Sequence record: PP885733.1
Direction: 5' to 3' (one strand)
DNA length: 64,000 nucleotides
Part shown: piece after piece, positions 48,159 to 57,697 of the stretch
Position numbering within the stretch: position 1 is the first letter of the stretch
Layout: every line of letters starts with the position of its first letter
Made by a program: the position numbers and the translations under genes
The notes under the pieces: generated by a model
Told to the model about the DNA's origin: nothing
Databases searched by the model: none
The model's input: the letters and a program-made list of their open reading frames with translations, nothing else

Positions 48159-49660
48159 TCAAGCAATCCACGGTACTGATGGCAACACCAATCGCTCTGG
48201 CTGCTACGGCTAAAGGTCTCGACCTTCACGCCAACGTTGGTGACATTATCAAAGGTCTGAACGAAACTACTGCTAATGCCGGTGGTTATACTGAAGCGAA
48301 CATCGCTACTGATCTTCCTGCCTTTACTGCTGGTTCTCCTGACCACACTGAAGCGCTGGACGCGGTAACTGATGTGCTGGCCGATCGTATTCGTGCTGGT
48401 CTGAACACCATCAGCAAACGCGTTAAGCCGGTACTGAAATGTATCGAAGATGAGTTCAAGCAAGTGATGGACGCTGGCAATGTTACTGACACCATCTTTG
48501 GTGCTGTTAATGTTGAAGCGGTTAATATCGAACCTGCTTTCCTCAAATCTCCATTCTTCCCGAAAGCGGCTCCGGCTACCTTCACCGATATCAACACGAT
48601 CAAAACCTCTGACCTGATTCGTGGTACTTTCCCTCGCATGGAAGGTGCAGATCTGGTTGAGCTGATTGCGGTTGATGTTCCTGAGCTGCGTACCTTCTTC
48701 GCCAACCCGGCTGAAGTGAAGCGTGTGTATGAAGCACTGTTCGTAGAGAAGTATTACTACGAAGTGGTTTCTCCTGACGCTATCGAGAACGGTGTTATCA
48801 ACATCAATGCCGGTAACAACTTCCGCTTCGGTAACTTCCGTCCTATGGTTATCGCTTCCCTGCTGCTGAACCGTTTGGTTGCAAACGACGATCCGCTGGA
48901 TGGCGTAACTGGTGTTAGCCTGGAAGAATACCGTGCTGGCCTGGCCATCACTCGTGACCTGCTCGCGACTCTGATGTTCCGCTTTGGTCAGATCTGGGAA
49001 ACCCGTGCTGCCGCTGGCGTTGTGATTCTGGATGAAGGCGTTAGCCTGACCCGTAAACTGGGTAACACTATGTTGCTGGAAGGTAACCTGGTTGTTGGCT
49101 ATAACAACGCTGTGTTGGAAATGTTCGCCGATGCAGAAGCTCTGTCTCTGTCTGAATTCGCTGTCGGTTACTGCTACGCTAAAGCGCGCGGTTATCGTCC
49201 GAAAGACATCATCACCGACCGTGACCAGATCTGTGATGCATGGAAAGAATACTGCGGTGACATCAAGCTGGCTCTGATTACTGCGAAGTCTTCTGTGGCT
49301 CTGGCTGCGTACACTCGTGTACTGGAAGGTCTGTACCAGAAAGAAGAGTTCAAATCTGCTATCGACGCGATGAACGACGGCACTATTCCTTCTCAGCGTT
49401 TGGCTGCTCGTGTAGCTGCTTCTATCGATCCGAACCTGTTCTTCCAGAACACTGCTCTGCTGGACTCCATCATTAAGGGTGAAAACTCTCTGATGAACAC
49501 TCCGCTGGCGGCAGTACTGGCCGGTGCGTTCGACAGCCCGATTGCTCAGGAAATCCTGACCATCAATGCTCAGAACAAACCAGGTTCTATCGAGCAGCAG
49601 CGTAAAGCTCTCTCCAGTGCAATCATCGCTGTCATCCTGAAGCGCCTCTATAAAGCCTGA
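48155..49660 (+). CDS. Putative virion head protein (phiKZ gp177 position)
   Basis: 501 aa, strong codon bias, synteny between betaN and beta'M. Confidence 0.65.
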   Translation: MIKQSTVLMATPIALAATAKGLDLHANVGDIIKGLNETTANAGGYTEANIATDLPAFTAGSPDHTEALDAVTDVLADRIRAGLNTISKRVKPVLKCIEDEFKQVMDAGNVTDTIFGAVNVEAVNIEPAFLKSPFFPKAAPATFTDINTIKTSDLIRGTFPRMEGADLVELIAVDVPELRTFFANPAEVKRVYEALFVEKYYYEVVSPDAIENGVININAGNNFRFGNFRPMVIASLLLNRLVANDDPLDGVTGVSLEEYRAGLAITRDLLATLMFRFGQIWETRAAAGVVILDEGVSLTRKLGNTMLLEGNLVVGYNNAVLEMFADAEALSLSEFAVGYCYAKARGYRPKDIITDRDQICDAWKEYCGDIKLALITAKSSVALAAYTRVLEGLYQKEEFKSAIDAMNDGTIPSQRLAARVAASIDPNLFFQNTALLDSIIKGENSLMNTPLAAVLAGAFDSPIAQEILTINAQNKPGSIEQQRKALSSAIIAVILKRLYKA

Positions 49661-50397
49661 TGGAAGTTGAAAAACTGAAACGTGACGCAGGGCGGGTTAA
49701 CTCCGCCCTGCAAGTCATGGCCGATGGGAGTGTAGTAGCTCTCAAGAAACTGACGGTCTGCTTCCCTAAGCGATTCGAACAAAGCAACTTAGCCGAGATC
49801 TCTGATACGGTTCACGTCATTTTGATGTGCGGTATCATTGTGGGTGATGCTTACGGGTTCTTAGGTGGACTGGTCAAAGTAACCATGAAGCCAGGTGATA
49901 TTTACGAAGAGACGATCAATAATGATCGTTACTATATGCTTGATTTCGAACCAGGTGATGTTGTTATCGAATCGTTGACAGTTCCTATGGACTCCAACAT
50001 TGGTTACTACTATTACTTAGAGTTCACCAAGTATGCTCGTATCTCATGGTACTTTGACGAAGCCGACTTACTCAGTGTGTATGACGAAGCCAAGTTCTAC
50101 ACCGGCAAATCAATGGGCACAAGTAACCACGCTATTCGAGTTCTTTACTCACTGGTATTACGTGATCCTAAGAACCTCGATGTACCGTTCCGTTATTCTT
50201 CGGGACTGAAAGATCCAAACGTCAAACCACGCATCATCGGTATTAACAACCCTGGTCAGTTGCTTAACTCTACCTTTAGCCGTCTGGCTTCTGGTTATAT
50301 GAGTGACAACATCGTCTCCGGTATTCTGAACCCAGATACCAAGGTCACGACTATGGAAGAAGTTATCCGTGGCTTACCATCACAAGGAGACAGTTAA
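49660..50397 (+). CDS. Virion RNA polymerase beta' middle fragment (phiKZ gp176/SPN3US gp244-type)
   Basis: 245 aa directly upstream of the prohead protease; KLKRD..V...L...DGS...FPKRFE N-terminus. Confidence 0.65.
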   Translation: MEVEKLKRDAGRVNSALQVMADGSVVALKKLTVCFPKRFEQSNLAEISDTVHVILMCGIIVGDAYGFLGGLVKVTMKPGDIYEETINNDRYYMLDFEPGDVVIESLTVPMDSNIGYYYYLEFTKYARISWYFDEADLLSVYDEAKFYTGKSMGTSNHAIRVLYSLVLRDPKNLDVPFRYSSGLKDPNVKPRIIGINNPGQLLNSTFSRLASGYMSDNIVSGILNPDTKVTTMEEVIRGLPSQGDS

Positions 50398-51248
50398 TGT
50401 CTGAAATCAGCCTTGGGAATATCATCCTTGCCCACAGTGGTAAGAAAGGTATTCTCAAACCAAACGCACAAGGTCTTTATCGACTGAATGCGGGTGGCTT
50501 CAACATCCCTAACCATGCTGGTATTACATATCCAGCCAACGACTATATCGTTGCACAGATTGAAGAGAACTCTGACCTCCAGCGTCGCGCCAAGATGGGC
50601 TACTGCAAAATGGAAGTTGAACATCCAGAGCCTTTCTTCTATGTCATCGAGAACGGCATTAAGTATCGTCAGCCAATGACTGACGTACTTCAGTGGATTA
50701 ACCGTCTGCGCTCTTATGACCCGGATAATATCTGTGGTCTTATCTCGCAGGTTCTGTTCCGTTGTGAAGACCCCAACAACATGGCGGCTCCTATCTGGAA
50801 CGAAATTCTCTGTAAGCCGTTTGGTCCTAAGGGTGATCAGTTCCGTGAATCTCTGGATACTCCTGAGCATAACACGGCTGTTTCTATCCGTACACAGATC
50901 TCTCCGTTCCGTCCTGGGGAAACCCGTAAGAACGTTGAGTACTGGACTGGCTACGACTGGGTTGCAGAACCTGGTATGATTCACGCTAACAAGCACATGT
51001 CCGCTGGTTGCGAATCCTTCATGTCAGAAATGAACATGGAAAGCAACATGCAGAAGTTTGCTGTTAGTAAAGTCATTGCCCGTATGGAGGAAGCTCTGGC
51101 TACTGCTACTACTAACCGTGAAGCACTTGAGCACGTTGGTGGTATGGAAGCGCTGGATCACTTCACTGGCATGTTGGACATGATGAAGTCCAAGTACCGT
51201 ATTGGCGACACTGCTACTATCGGTCATAGCTTCACCGACATCTTCTAA
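50397..51248 (+). CDS. Prohead protease (phiKZ gp175-type)
   Basis: MEVEHP (His), AVSIRT (Ser, codon 50883-50885), GYDWVAEPG (Asp); synteny. Confidence 0.88.
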   Translation: MSEISLGNIILAHSGKKGILKPNAQGLYRLNAGGFNIPNHAGITYPANDYIVAQIEENSDLQRRAKMGYCKMEVEHPEPFFYVIENGIKYRQPMTDVLQWINRLRSYDPDNICGLISQVLFRCEDPNNMAAPIWNEILCKPFGPKGDQFRESLDTPEHNTAVSIRTQISPFRPGETRKNVEYWTGYDWVAEPGMIHANKHMSAGCESFMSEMNMESNMQKFAVSKVIARMEEALATATTNREALEHVGGMEALDHFTGMLDMMKSKYRIGDTATIGHSFTDIF

Positions 51249-51255
51249 TTCATTT

Positions 51256-51283
51256 CCCTTACCTTCCGAAAGGAGGGTAAGGG
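51256..51283 (+). terminator. Terminator, CCCCTACCC family
   Basis: cccttaccttcc-gaaa-ggagggtaaggg. Confidence 0.8.
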
Positions 51284-51358
51284 TTATGTTTTATTTCTTA
51301 GTGGCAATTCCATTATACGTTAACGAAACCATTTCATTTCTCATAAGGAACAAATCAC

Positions 51359-51970
51359 ATGTCTGATTACGATGCTATCGCTGAATCTGTAGAACAAGAG
51401 CACCACGAAGAAAAACGTATCGGCGGTATCAACCTGAACACACTGCGCCTGGCAACTCAGGTTCGTGAACTGGCGCTGCAGGGCGTTACTCTGGGTAACA
51501 CTTTCAAACACATGGATGAAGTGTGGCTGTCTCTGATGACCGAAGACAAACGCAATCTGATCGTCGAGCAAACTGCGACCAAGGTTAAATACCAGCTGGT
51601 AAACCTGTACGCGGTTAAGCTGATCAAATACCTGCGTTCTATCGTCGGCCTGGACCTGGTTCCCCTGGCGCATCAGGATCCTGAAACCCGTACCTGGAAG
51701 CTGGACTCCATCATCCTGAACATCGCATCAAACAAAGTGAACGATCACGAACATCTGTTCCGTCTGATGCTGGTTAACCTGTTCGGCCTGAACGAGCAGC
51801 TGGTTGAGCTGTCTCTGAAACCCACCTGGGCGAAATACGCAGACTACGTCCGCACGGTGTACGACATCGATCTGGGCGACGCATCCGAAGTGACTGAAGT
51901 TCCTAACCTGGAACTCATCGAAGGCGCGATCTACAATCTGCTGGCTGGCGAAGACCTGGTCTTCTTCTGA
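51359..51970 (+). CDS. Hypothetical protein, probably abundant
   Basis: 203 aa, SD aagga, extreme codon bias. Confidence 0.88.
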   Translation: MSDYDAIAESVEQEHHEEKRIGGINLNTLRLATQVRELALQGVTLGNTFKHMDEVWLSLMTEDKRNLIVEQTATKVKYQLVNLYAVKLIKYLRSIVGLDLVPLAHQDPETRTWKLDSIILNIASNKVNDHEHLFRLMLVNLFGLNEQLVELSLKPTWAKYADYVRTVYDIDLGDASEVTEVPNLELIEGAIYNLLAGEDLVFF

Positions 51971-51978
51971 TCTATCGG

Positions 51979-51998
51979 TTAGGGGTTTCGACCCCTAA
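51979..51998 (+). terminator. Hairpin terminator
   Basis: ttaggggt-ttcg-acccctaa. Confidence 0.7.
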
Positions 51999-52008
51999 TC
52001 TCCTATGT

Positions 52009-52806
52009 TTGCTGGAGAAAGAAATGCAACCTGTAAATGAAGCATTGCTGACTGATGAAGAGTTTCTCGATTTGGTCGAAAAGAAGTTAGAAGCTCCTAT
52101 CCGTGAGCAAGGCGATATCACCCTGCGTGCTGAATCTGTTCAGCGCATCCTCAACATCGCTATCAAAGCTGAGAAGAAGTACGAAACTTTATTGCGTGAA
52201 AAAGGGCAGGAGGTTTCCGATAAACCTAAACTCGGTAATATGATCGTTGACATGCGTTCTGACAAAAGGCTGTTCTGTACTGAGCGTCCGGTTCCTCGTA
52301 ATGAGGGTTATCGTGAACTGCGTATGCGGTATGAACGTAAAGCGGATCTGGTATACCGTGTCACTCTCAGTGTGGTTAACCGTCCTTGCGGTAAAGAGCC
52401 AGGCAAAACACTGTTTGAAGCTGACAAAGCTTTCCTGACAGAACAGATGGATCGTTTCGTTGGTAATGTCATTGGTGAGCTGTCGCATACCCGCGTTCGT
52501 ATCGATACTCAACACATGAGTGGGGTTGAAGAACATCTGAATCGCTTCCAGTGTATCAAGCCTGAGTTTGCTTGCGCTACACTAATCGAATATGAACTGA
52601 GTTCTGTTCGTGATGGTTCTGGCTCCATCGCAATCATCGGTACTGTTGGTGTAACTCCTGAAGCCGCCGGTATGATTGAGAACGGCCATATCTTTGCACT
52701 GCGTTCTCTGATTGAGCCTAAGACTGTTGGAACTAATGGATCCAAGCTCAACAAGATCTTGGCATTCGACCTGTTACTGGCGGATGAGTTAGACCCTACC
52801 ATTTAA
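52009..52806 (+). CDS. Prohead-protease paralog lacking the catalytic Ser (likely start 52024)
   Basis: IGELSHT / HLNRFQCIKPEFAC / FALRS / LAFDL align with MEVEHP / WINRLRSYDPDNIC / VSIRT / TGYDW of 50397..51248. Confidence 0.65.
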   Translation: MLEKEMQPVNEALLTDEEFLDLVEKKLEAPIREQGDITLRAESVQRILNIAIKAEKKYETLLREKGQEVSDKPKLGNMIVDMRSDKRLFCTERPVPRNEGYRELRMRYERKADLVYRVTLSVVNRPCGKEPGKTLFEADKAFLTEQMDRFVGNVIGELSHTRVRIDTQHMSGVEEHLNRFQCIKPEFACATLIEYELSSVRDGSGSIAIIGTVGVTPEAAGMIENGHIFALRSLIEPKTVGTNGSKLNKILAFDLLLADELDPTI

Positions 52807-52809
52807 TTT

Positions 52810-52830
52810 CAAGCAGATATTATCAGGGTG
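52810..52830 (+). promoter_or_regulatory. Phage early-promoter-like motif
   Basis: CAAGCAGATATTATCAGGGTG. Confidence 0.7.
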
Positions 52831-52934
52831 TATATCTGTGAGTATTTATGAATACCCGATTAAGTTCGGGTATTTGTAATAAGACGGGCAAATCGCCCAA
52901 ACCCTAAAACGTTCAAACATAAAGGAACGACATC

Positions 52935-53927
52935 ATGTTAAAAGATAAATCCTGCTACTCCAATGACCGTGTATATGCAATGAACTACTTCTTCCATAAG
53001 GCTGACGTAGCTGACTATTGCATCGACCCATTACTGGGTTCTTTCGTTCGTGTGGTTTATCCACCTAAAGACATGCCTGCTGGCGGTAATGACATCTACA
53101 ACCGTCCACAGTTCATGTTCATGACTCGAAGTGATCGCAGTCGTTTGTACGAACTGAAAGAAGCACGTCCTCTGGTTGACGCAGTTTATAATCTCCTGCA
53201 ATCTGCTAAAGCGGAACATCCGGTTTATCTTCAAATGGAGGTAGCGGGTAAGCTGGAGGTTGATGAAAACGGCGGAGTATCATTCAAAGACACGGACATG
53301 CGCTTCCAGCGTTTACTGTCTTATCCTCCTCGCCCTAACTGGGATCGTGGAGTTAATAACGAACACCTCACCAAAGAACGTTACATCCAGGGACTGGAAT
53401 ATTTACTTCATGGACTGAAGTGCGCATTGGCGGGTGAGGGTGAACCTCGTGACCTCATTACCATGGGTAATGAAATGATGATGACTTTGAAGCGCCCTGA
53501 TACTCGCGTCAGCTTCCCAGTTGTTGTCACTGCCCGTAAGTTCGCTGAACGTAAGGATGCGTATATCGTTGTACATTCCAACAACCAGCGCATTGTGTTC
53601 CCTGCTGATAAAGCAGAAGACATGATCGAGCGTTACTTCACGTTTATCGAAGAGATCGGTCAGCGTTTAACTCGCACTGGTAAAATCAATGATGGTGAGG
53701 TTAAATTCATCTACGCCAAGCCTGGCATCATTGATGAGAACATGGAATACGTTAACATGCGTATGGTTGACTTCGTCGGCGGTGCCGGAGTTCATGTCAT
53801 GATGAACAGCGATCGTTATCCTGGCAATACTAAATTCAGTTTCATTTACGACCATCAGTTCGTAACTGAAATGAGAACTCACCTGACTGCATTTGCTCGC
53901 AGCTTTGAAAGGATCTGTGCAGAATGA
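52935..53927 (+). CDS. Hypothetical protein
   Basis: 330 aa, SD aagga. Confidence 0.85.
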   Translation: MLKDKSCYSNDRVYAMNYFFHKADVADYCIDPLLGSFVRVVYPPKDMPAGGNDIYNRPQFMFMTRSDRSRLYELKEARPLVDAVYNLLQSAKAEHPVYLQMEVAGKLEVDENGGVSFKDTDMRFQRLLSYPPRPNWDRGVNNEHLTKERYIQGLEYLLHGLKCALAGEGEPRDLITMGNEMMMTLKRPDTRVSFPVVVTARKFAERKDAYIVVHSNNQRIVFPADKAEDMIERYFTFIEEIGQRLTRTGKINDGEVKFIYAKPGIIDENMEYVNMRMVDFVGGAGVHVMMNSDRYPGNTKFSFIYDHQFVTEMRTHLTAFARSFERICAE

Positions 53928-54172
53928 AAAAGTTATTGATCGCGCTGCTGCTTGTATCCACGTCAGCGGTGGCTTTTAAGGATGAACCAATTAGACCAAA
54001 GGGTTCGAGTGAATACGTGGGCGAAGGTCGTTTTATTTCCACCTACATGCCAAACCCGATGGACTATGTCATTACTGATACCAAAACTGGATGTCAGTAT
54101 ATGACTGGGTCGGCTTATAAGAATGCAACTTTACTCGGTTGCTTTGATGAATATAAAAAGGTGAAGAAGTAA
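53924..54172 (+). CDS. Small exported protein (signal peptide)
   Basis: MKKLLIALLLVSTSAVA|; YVITDTKTGCQY (DUF6440-like pattern). Confidence 0.75.
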   Translation: MKKLLIALLLVSTSAVAFKDEPIRPKGSSEYVGEGRFISTYMPNPMDYVITDTKTGCQYMTGSAYKNATLLGCFDEYKKVKK

Positions 54173-54576
54173 TGGAAAAGATCGAAATCCCAACTCTCGA
54201 AGAGTTGCTGGTTAAGGTTGAACCAAAGAACGTCTTTATCGTTGTTGAAGCCGTGCAACCGGTTGAGGCAGGTGATGACGATATCATCGTTGGTGCTGAA
54301 GATCTCATGGGGATTGCCCAGCGTTCCAAAGATATCACCGAACGTGTGTGGGCGACTTTGAAAGAAGTGACTACCCGCACAGCCGTGGCTTACAAGACAC
54401 CAGTTCCTGAAGGTCACGCAACTGTCATTCCTACTTATACCTTTATCGGTAAGCAGGCTGCGTTGCACGATATCGGACTGTCTGATGTTTCCTTCGTCTA
54501 TCGTTTAGACGGAAAGATTCAGATCGTTCGTAGTAATGAGGAAGATCTTCTTCCTTACACCATTCTGGCTGATTAA
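54172..54576 (+). CDS. Hypothetical protein, paralog family C (copy 1)
   Basis: Resembles 54948..55343. Confidence 0.8.
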   Translation: MEKIEIPTLEELLVKVEPKNVFIVVEAVQPVEAGDDDIIVGAEDLMGIAQRSKDITERVWATLKEVTTRTAVAYKTPVPEGHATVIPTYTFIGKQAALHDIGLSDVSFVYRLDGKIQIVRSNEEDLLPYTILAD

Positions 54577-54586
54577 ATCATAAACA

Positions 54587-54616
54587 AGGGAGCTGTGGGG
54601 AAACCCATGGTTCCCT
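54587..54616 (+). terminator. Hairpin with GAAA loop
   Basis: agggagctgtggg-gaaa-cccatggttccct. Confidence 0.65.
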
Positions 54617-54627
54617 ATGGAGGATGT

Positions 54628-54951
54628 ATGCAAGAAATGAAACTCGCCGATTGGCTGGTTACCAATAAACCAAATATCGTCAACTTGGGGTGTTTGCCTG
54701 GTGGCGAAGAAACTTATGTCAAGATTCAGGACGTTATTAAACAAACTGTTCCCGGAACACCAGTGCGCGCTTATTCCCCTGAGCGTACCAAGGATGGTTC
54801 CAATATGTTTAAGTTGGAGTACAAGGCTTGTGGACTGACTAAAAACGAATTACTTCTGTCAGACCTCACCATTCTGGTTAATGAGCGCGGTCAAATCGTC
54901 ACGTTGCGTATGACTAACTCCGCACCAACCACATACCGGTTCACTTTATGA
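54628..54951 (+). CDS. Hypothetical protein
   Basis: SD ggagg before ATG 54628. Confidence 0.75.
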   Translation: MQEMKLADWLVTNKPNIVNLGCLPGGEETYVKIQDVIKQTVPGTPVRAYSPERTKDGSNMFKLEYKACGLTKNELLLSDLTILVNERGQIVTLRMTNSAPTTYRFTL

Positions 54952-55343
54952 CACCTTTCGATAAACTCCCTGAGGATATCGAAACTGTCGAGGACTTTGT
55001 GGATTCACTTCACCCTAGACACATCTTCATTGCCTACGAAGGTCACAGCAAAGAAGAGACAGCTACGGCAGCGCACCCACATCTCCTCAACGAGATGAAC
55101 GCTATCCTGGAGCGGTTTAAGAAAGCTGCTCCGAATTCCAAAGTAGCCATCGAGCCATGCTACGCAGTTATTGTAAGAAGCGAATACTTCATCACTCGTT
55201 GGAAGTATGCGTTCGTTAACCGTGGCGTAAGCTGGCGTAAATGTACTAAAGCCGATCTGTCTATGGTATTCACTGTTGATGGTGAATGGGTAATCATTCA
55301 AGCTAATGGTTACAAGCCGTATACCAAGATAGAACTGTTGTAA
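54948..55343 (+). CDS. Hypothetical protein, paralog family C (copy 2)
   Basis: ATGA overlap; resembles 54172..54576. Confidence 0.8.
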   Translation: MTPFDKLPEDIETVEDFVDSLHPRHIFIAYEGHSKEETATAAHPHLLNEMNAILERFKKAAPNSKVAIEPCYAVIVRSEYFITRWKYAFVNRGVSWRKCTKADLSMVFTVDGEWVIIQANGYKPYTKIELL

Positions 55344-55368
55344 AGGTTTTAGTAAAGCCAAATAGCTT

Positions 55369-55389
55369 CAGGTATATATTATTACCATG
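55369..55389 (+). promoter_or_regulatory. Phage early-promoter-like motif
   Basis: CAGGTATATATTATTACCATG. Confidence 0.7.
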
Positions 55390-55454
55390 AAGCAGAAATG
55401 CTGGGGAGACAAACATGTACTTCCTGTTCTTCATTAACTTAGAGGTAAAATGAA

Positions 55455-56564
55455 ATGACCGACATTATTAAAATCAGTGATGGGATTGGACATTTTCTTT
55501 TGGTTGATCCTGATTCAGGACTTCCGGTAAGTCGCACCACTGGTGAGATCATTCGCTACACTCCGTGGGACGTTATTCTGAAAGACGTCAAAACTGTACG
55601 GGTAGCTATCGACTGGCGCTTCCTGCATCCAGCTGCAGGCGAGAATGCCATGATCGAAACTCAGGAGTTCCTGGCTAAGGAATATCCTGATGTAGAACTC
55701 AGCTTGTGCTCTGGGTTCAATATGGAAATCCTGATGGGGCCTGATGTCGGGATCATTCTTACCCATGTCGGTCTGCAGATTGTTAACCATAAGGTAAACG
55801 GTCTGGAAGGTAAGATCGTTCATATCGATCCTGAACACCGCGATCCTGTAAAGGAAAAACCAAAGGACGTACTGGAGTGTACTCACAAGCTCAGTCCGTT
55901 TATCCATACCGGTCATGAACGCAGTCGTTTCCACATGGTGGGCTCTCATACCACCGCTCCTGACTTCCCATACACGGTTATCACTATGGAAGATCTGGCC
56001 AATCAGGTTATCCATGCTTGCGGTATCGAATCACGCCCTCTGCAAATCTGTGTCATTCTCTCAACGGGTCAAGGTCGCTATGTTGGCGATATGGTTAAAG
56101 AGATCGGTGAGCAGCTGAAAGACATCGGCCACATCACCGGGGTCGAAGCAGTAGACGCCGACATCGTTCTGGAGTATGTCGAGCATAAGTGGGAAGTGAA
56201 GAAAGCCCGTGGTCTGGGACCTACCTCTAAGAAAGTATTCTTGGGCACAAAGGTAGAACTCGGTGATCTGGTAGCCAAAGACTGGGAAGGTGCTCGCACA
56301 CCTTTTACCCTGGAAGAGTTCATTGAACATTACGGAAAGTTCCATGGTAAAGTTCCACACCGTTTCTATTTCGAACATCCGATCCTTGAGGAAGAGATGA
56401 AAGTGATTGCAGAAATGAAGCGTCGTTTGAAAGCACTGGTTGGTGAGGAGTTTGTGGTAACTCCGACGTTCTTCCTGTCCGATGTGTCGTTCAGTGTTCG
56501 TCGTGGCAAGATCACTGTCACTAAGTCTCGCGAGACATCTTCCGGTTTCGAAATCACTCTGTAA
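55455..56564 (+). CDS. Hypothetical protein
   Basis: 369 aa, SD gaggt. Confidence 0.85.
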   Translation: MTDIIKISDGIGHFLLVDPDSGLPVSRTTGEIIRYTPWDVILKDVKTVRVAIDWRFLHPAAGENAMIETQEFLAKEYPDVELSLCSGFNMEILMGPDVGIILTHVGLQIVNHKVNGLEGKIVHIDPEHRDPVKEKPKDVLECTHKLSPFIHTGHERSRFHMVGSHTTAPDFPYTVITMEDLANQVIHACGIESRPLQICVILSTGQGRYVGDMVKEIGEQLKDIGHITGVEAVDADIVLEYVEHKWEVKKARGLGPTSKKVFLGTKVELGDLVAKDWEGARTPFTLEEFIEHYGKFHGKVPHRFYFEHPILEEEMKVIAEMKRRLKALVGEEFVVTPTFFLSDVSFSVRRGKITVTKSRETSSGFEITL

Positions 56565-56630
56565 TCGTAAATAACTCCATCTTCAATTAGTAGTAAAGTA
56601 CAAACCAAATTCATCAAGAGGAAATAGGCA

Positions 56631-57092
56631 ATGACTAAGGCAACTAACAAAGGTTTCGGTAAAGTAATGGAAGCTCGTATCAAAGAGCTGAAAGAAGGTG
56701 CTGACGTCCATCAGGAAACTCGTCACATCTCCTTCGCCATTCCGGGCTCTCTGTCTGAAAAGAAAGAGCTGAAGTTCGGTACCGAGCTGGAAGTAGTGGA
56801 GCACGCTGTTGATCTGATCAACGGTTTCGGTCTGGCAGTTGAAGCAGCGACCACTGAGCTGGCGCACGACAACTTTGCGGATACCAAAATCGAACGTTGG
56901 GATGCGTCCCTGAAACTGTTCGACGGTATGACCATGAACTCTGATGTTCGTCTGCGCGAAGTCGTTGGCGAAGATACCATCTACGGTTCAGCAGAAACCT
57001 TCATCGATCACCCGCACAGCCAGGAAATGGTTTCCTGGTATTCTGACTTCTCATCGGTGAACGAAGAACGCGCCAAGAAACTGTTCGATTAA
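56631..57092 (+). CDS. Hypothetical protein, probably abundant
   Basis: 153 aa, SD gagga, strong codon bias. Confidence 0.85.
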   Translation: MTKATNKGFGKVMEARIKELKEGADVHQETRHISFAIPGSLSEKKELKFGTELEVVEHAVDLINGFGLAVEAATTELAHDNFADTKIERWDASLKLFDGMTMNSDVRLREVVGEDTIYGSAETFIDHPHSQEMVSWYSDFSSVNEERAKKLFD

Positions 57093-57101
57093 TCGGCCAG
57101 C

Positions 57102-57127
57102 CCTCCTCTGGTTTCGGCCAGAGGAGG
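57102..57127 (+). terminator. Intrinsic terminator
   Basis: cctcctctggt-ttcg-gccagaggagg then ttt. Confidence 0.8.
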
Positions 57128-57163
57128 TTTAACCTAATGGTTTAATTTTTATCGCGGGCTGAT

Positions 57164-57697
57164 ATGGAATACAAAAAGACAAACAGGGTAATGATCGGTG
57201 AAGATAACTGTGCCGACTGTATTACCACAACAAGTATGATTATCGACGATTCCATTATTGAAGAGAAGAAGATTTACAAAGGAGATTGTGAGATACGCTT
57301 CTACTTAGGTGGTCGTCCAGTAATACTCCATAATGACACAACCACATCCGACAATGTGACTTCGTTGAATGAATACATCAACAAGTTAAATCGGATAATG
57401 GAAATGTCTTTGGAGATCTGTGCTGAAATGGAATATGATCCTGATGAGACGTTCTTGGTAAGGGACTTCCTCAACCCGTTCTCAACTCAGGACAGACTGT
57501 TTGGCGGGACACTGTTGATTCTCTATAGTGCTCGATACAAACAAGTCACGTTCGATATTTCCGATTGTTCTAACAAACTACGTAGAACATTCAAACCCGA
57601 TCAATTTAAAGAGTTCACTAATAAGCTCTGCGAAATAATCAGAGAGAATATTGGTGAAGTCTGGGACATTAAAGAGAAACTCAATGATCAGAACTAA
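57164..57697 (+). CDS. Hypothetical protein, paralog family A (A1)
   Basis: RFYLGGRPVILH, YINKL, FLVRDFLN, FDISDC. Confidence 0.8.
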   Translation: MEYKKTNRVMIGEDNCADCITTTSMIIDDSIIEEKKIYKGDCEIRFYLGGRPVILHNDTTTSDNVTSLNEYINKLNRIMEMSLEICAEMEYDPDETFLVRDFLNPFSTQDRLFGGTLLILYSARYKQVTFDISDCSNKLRRTFKPDQFKEFTNKLCEIIRENIGEVWDIKEKLNDQN

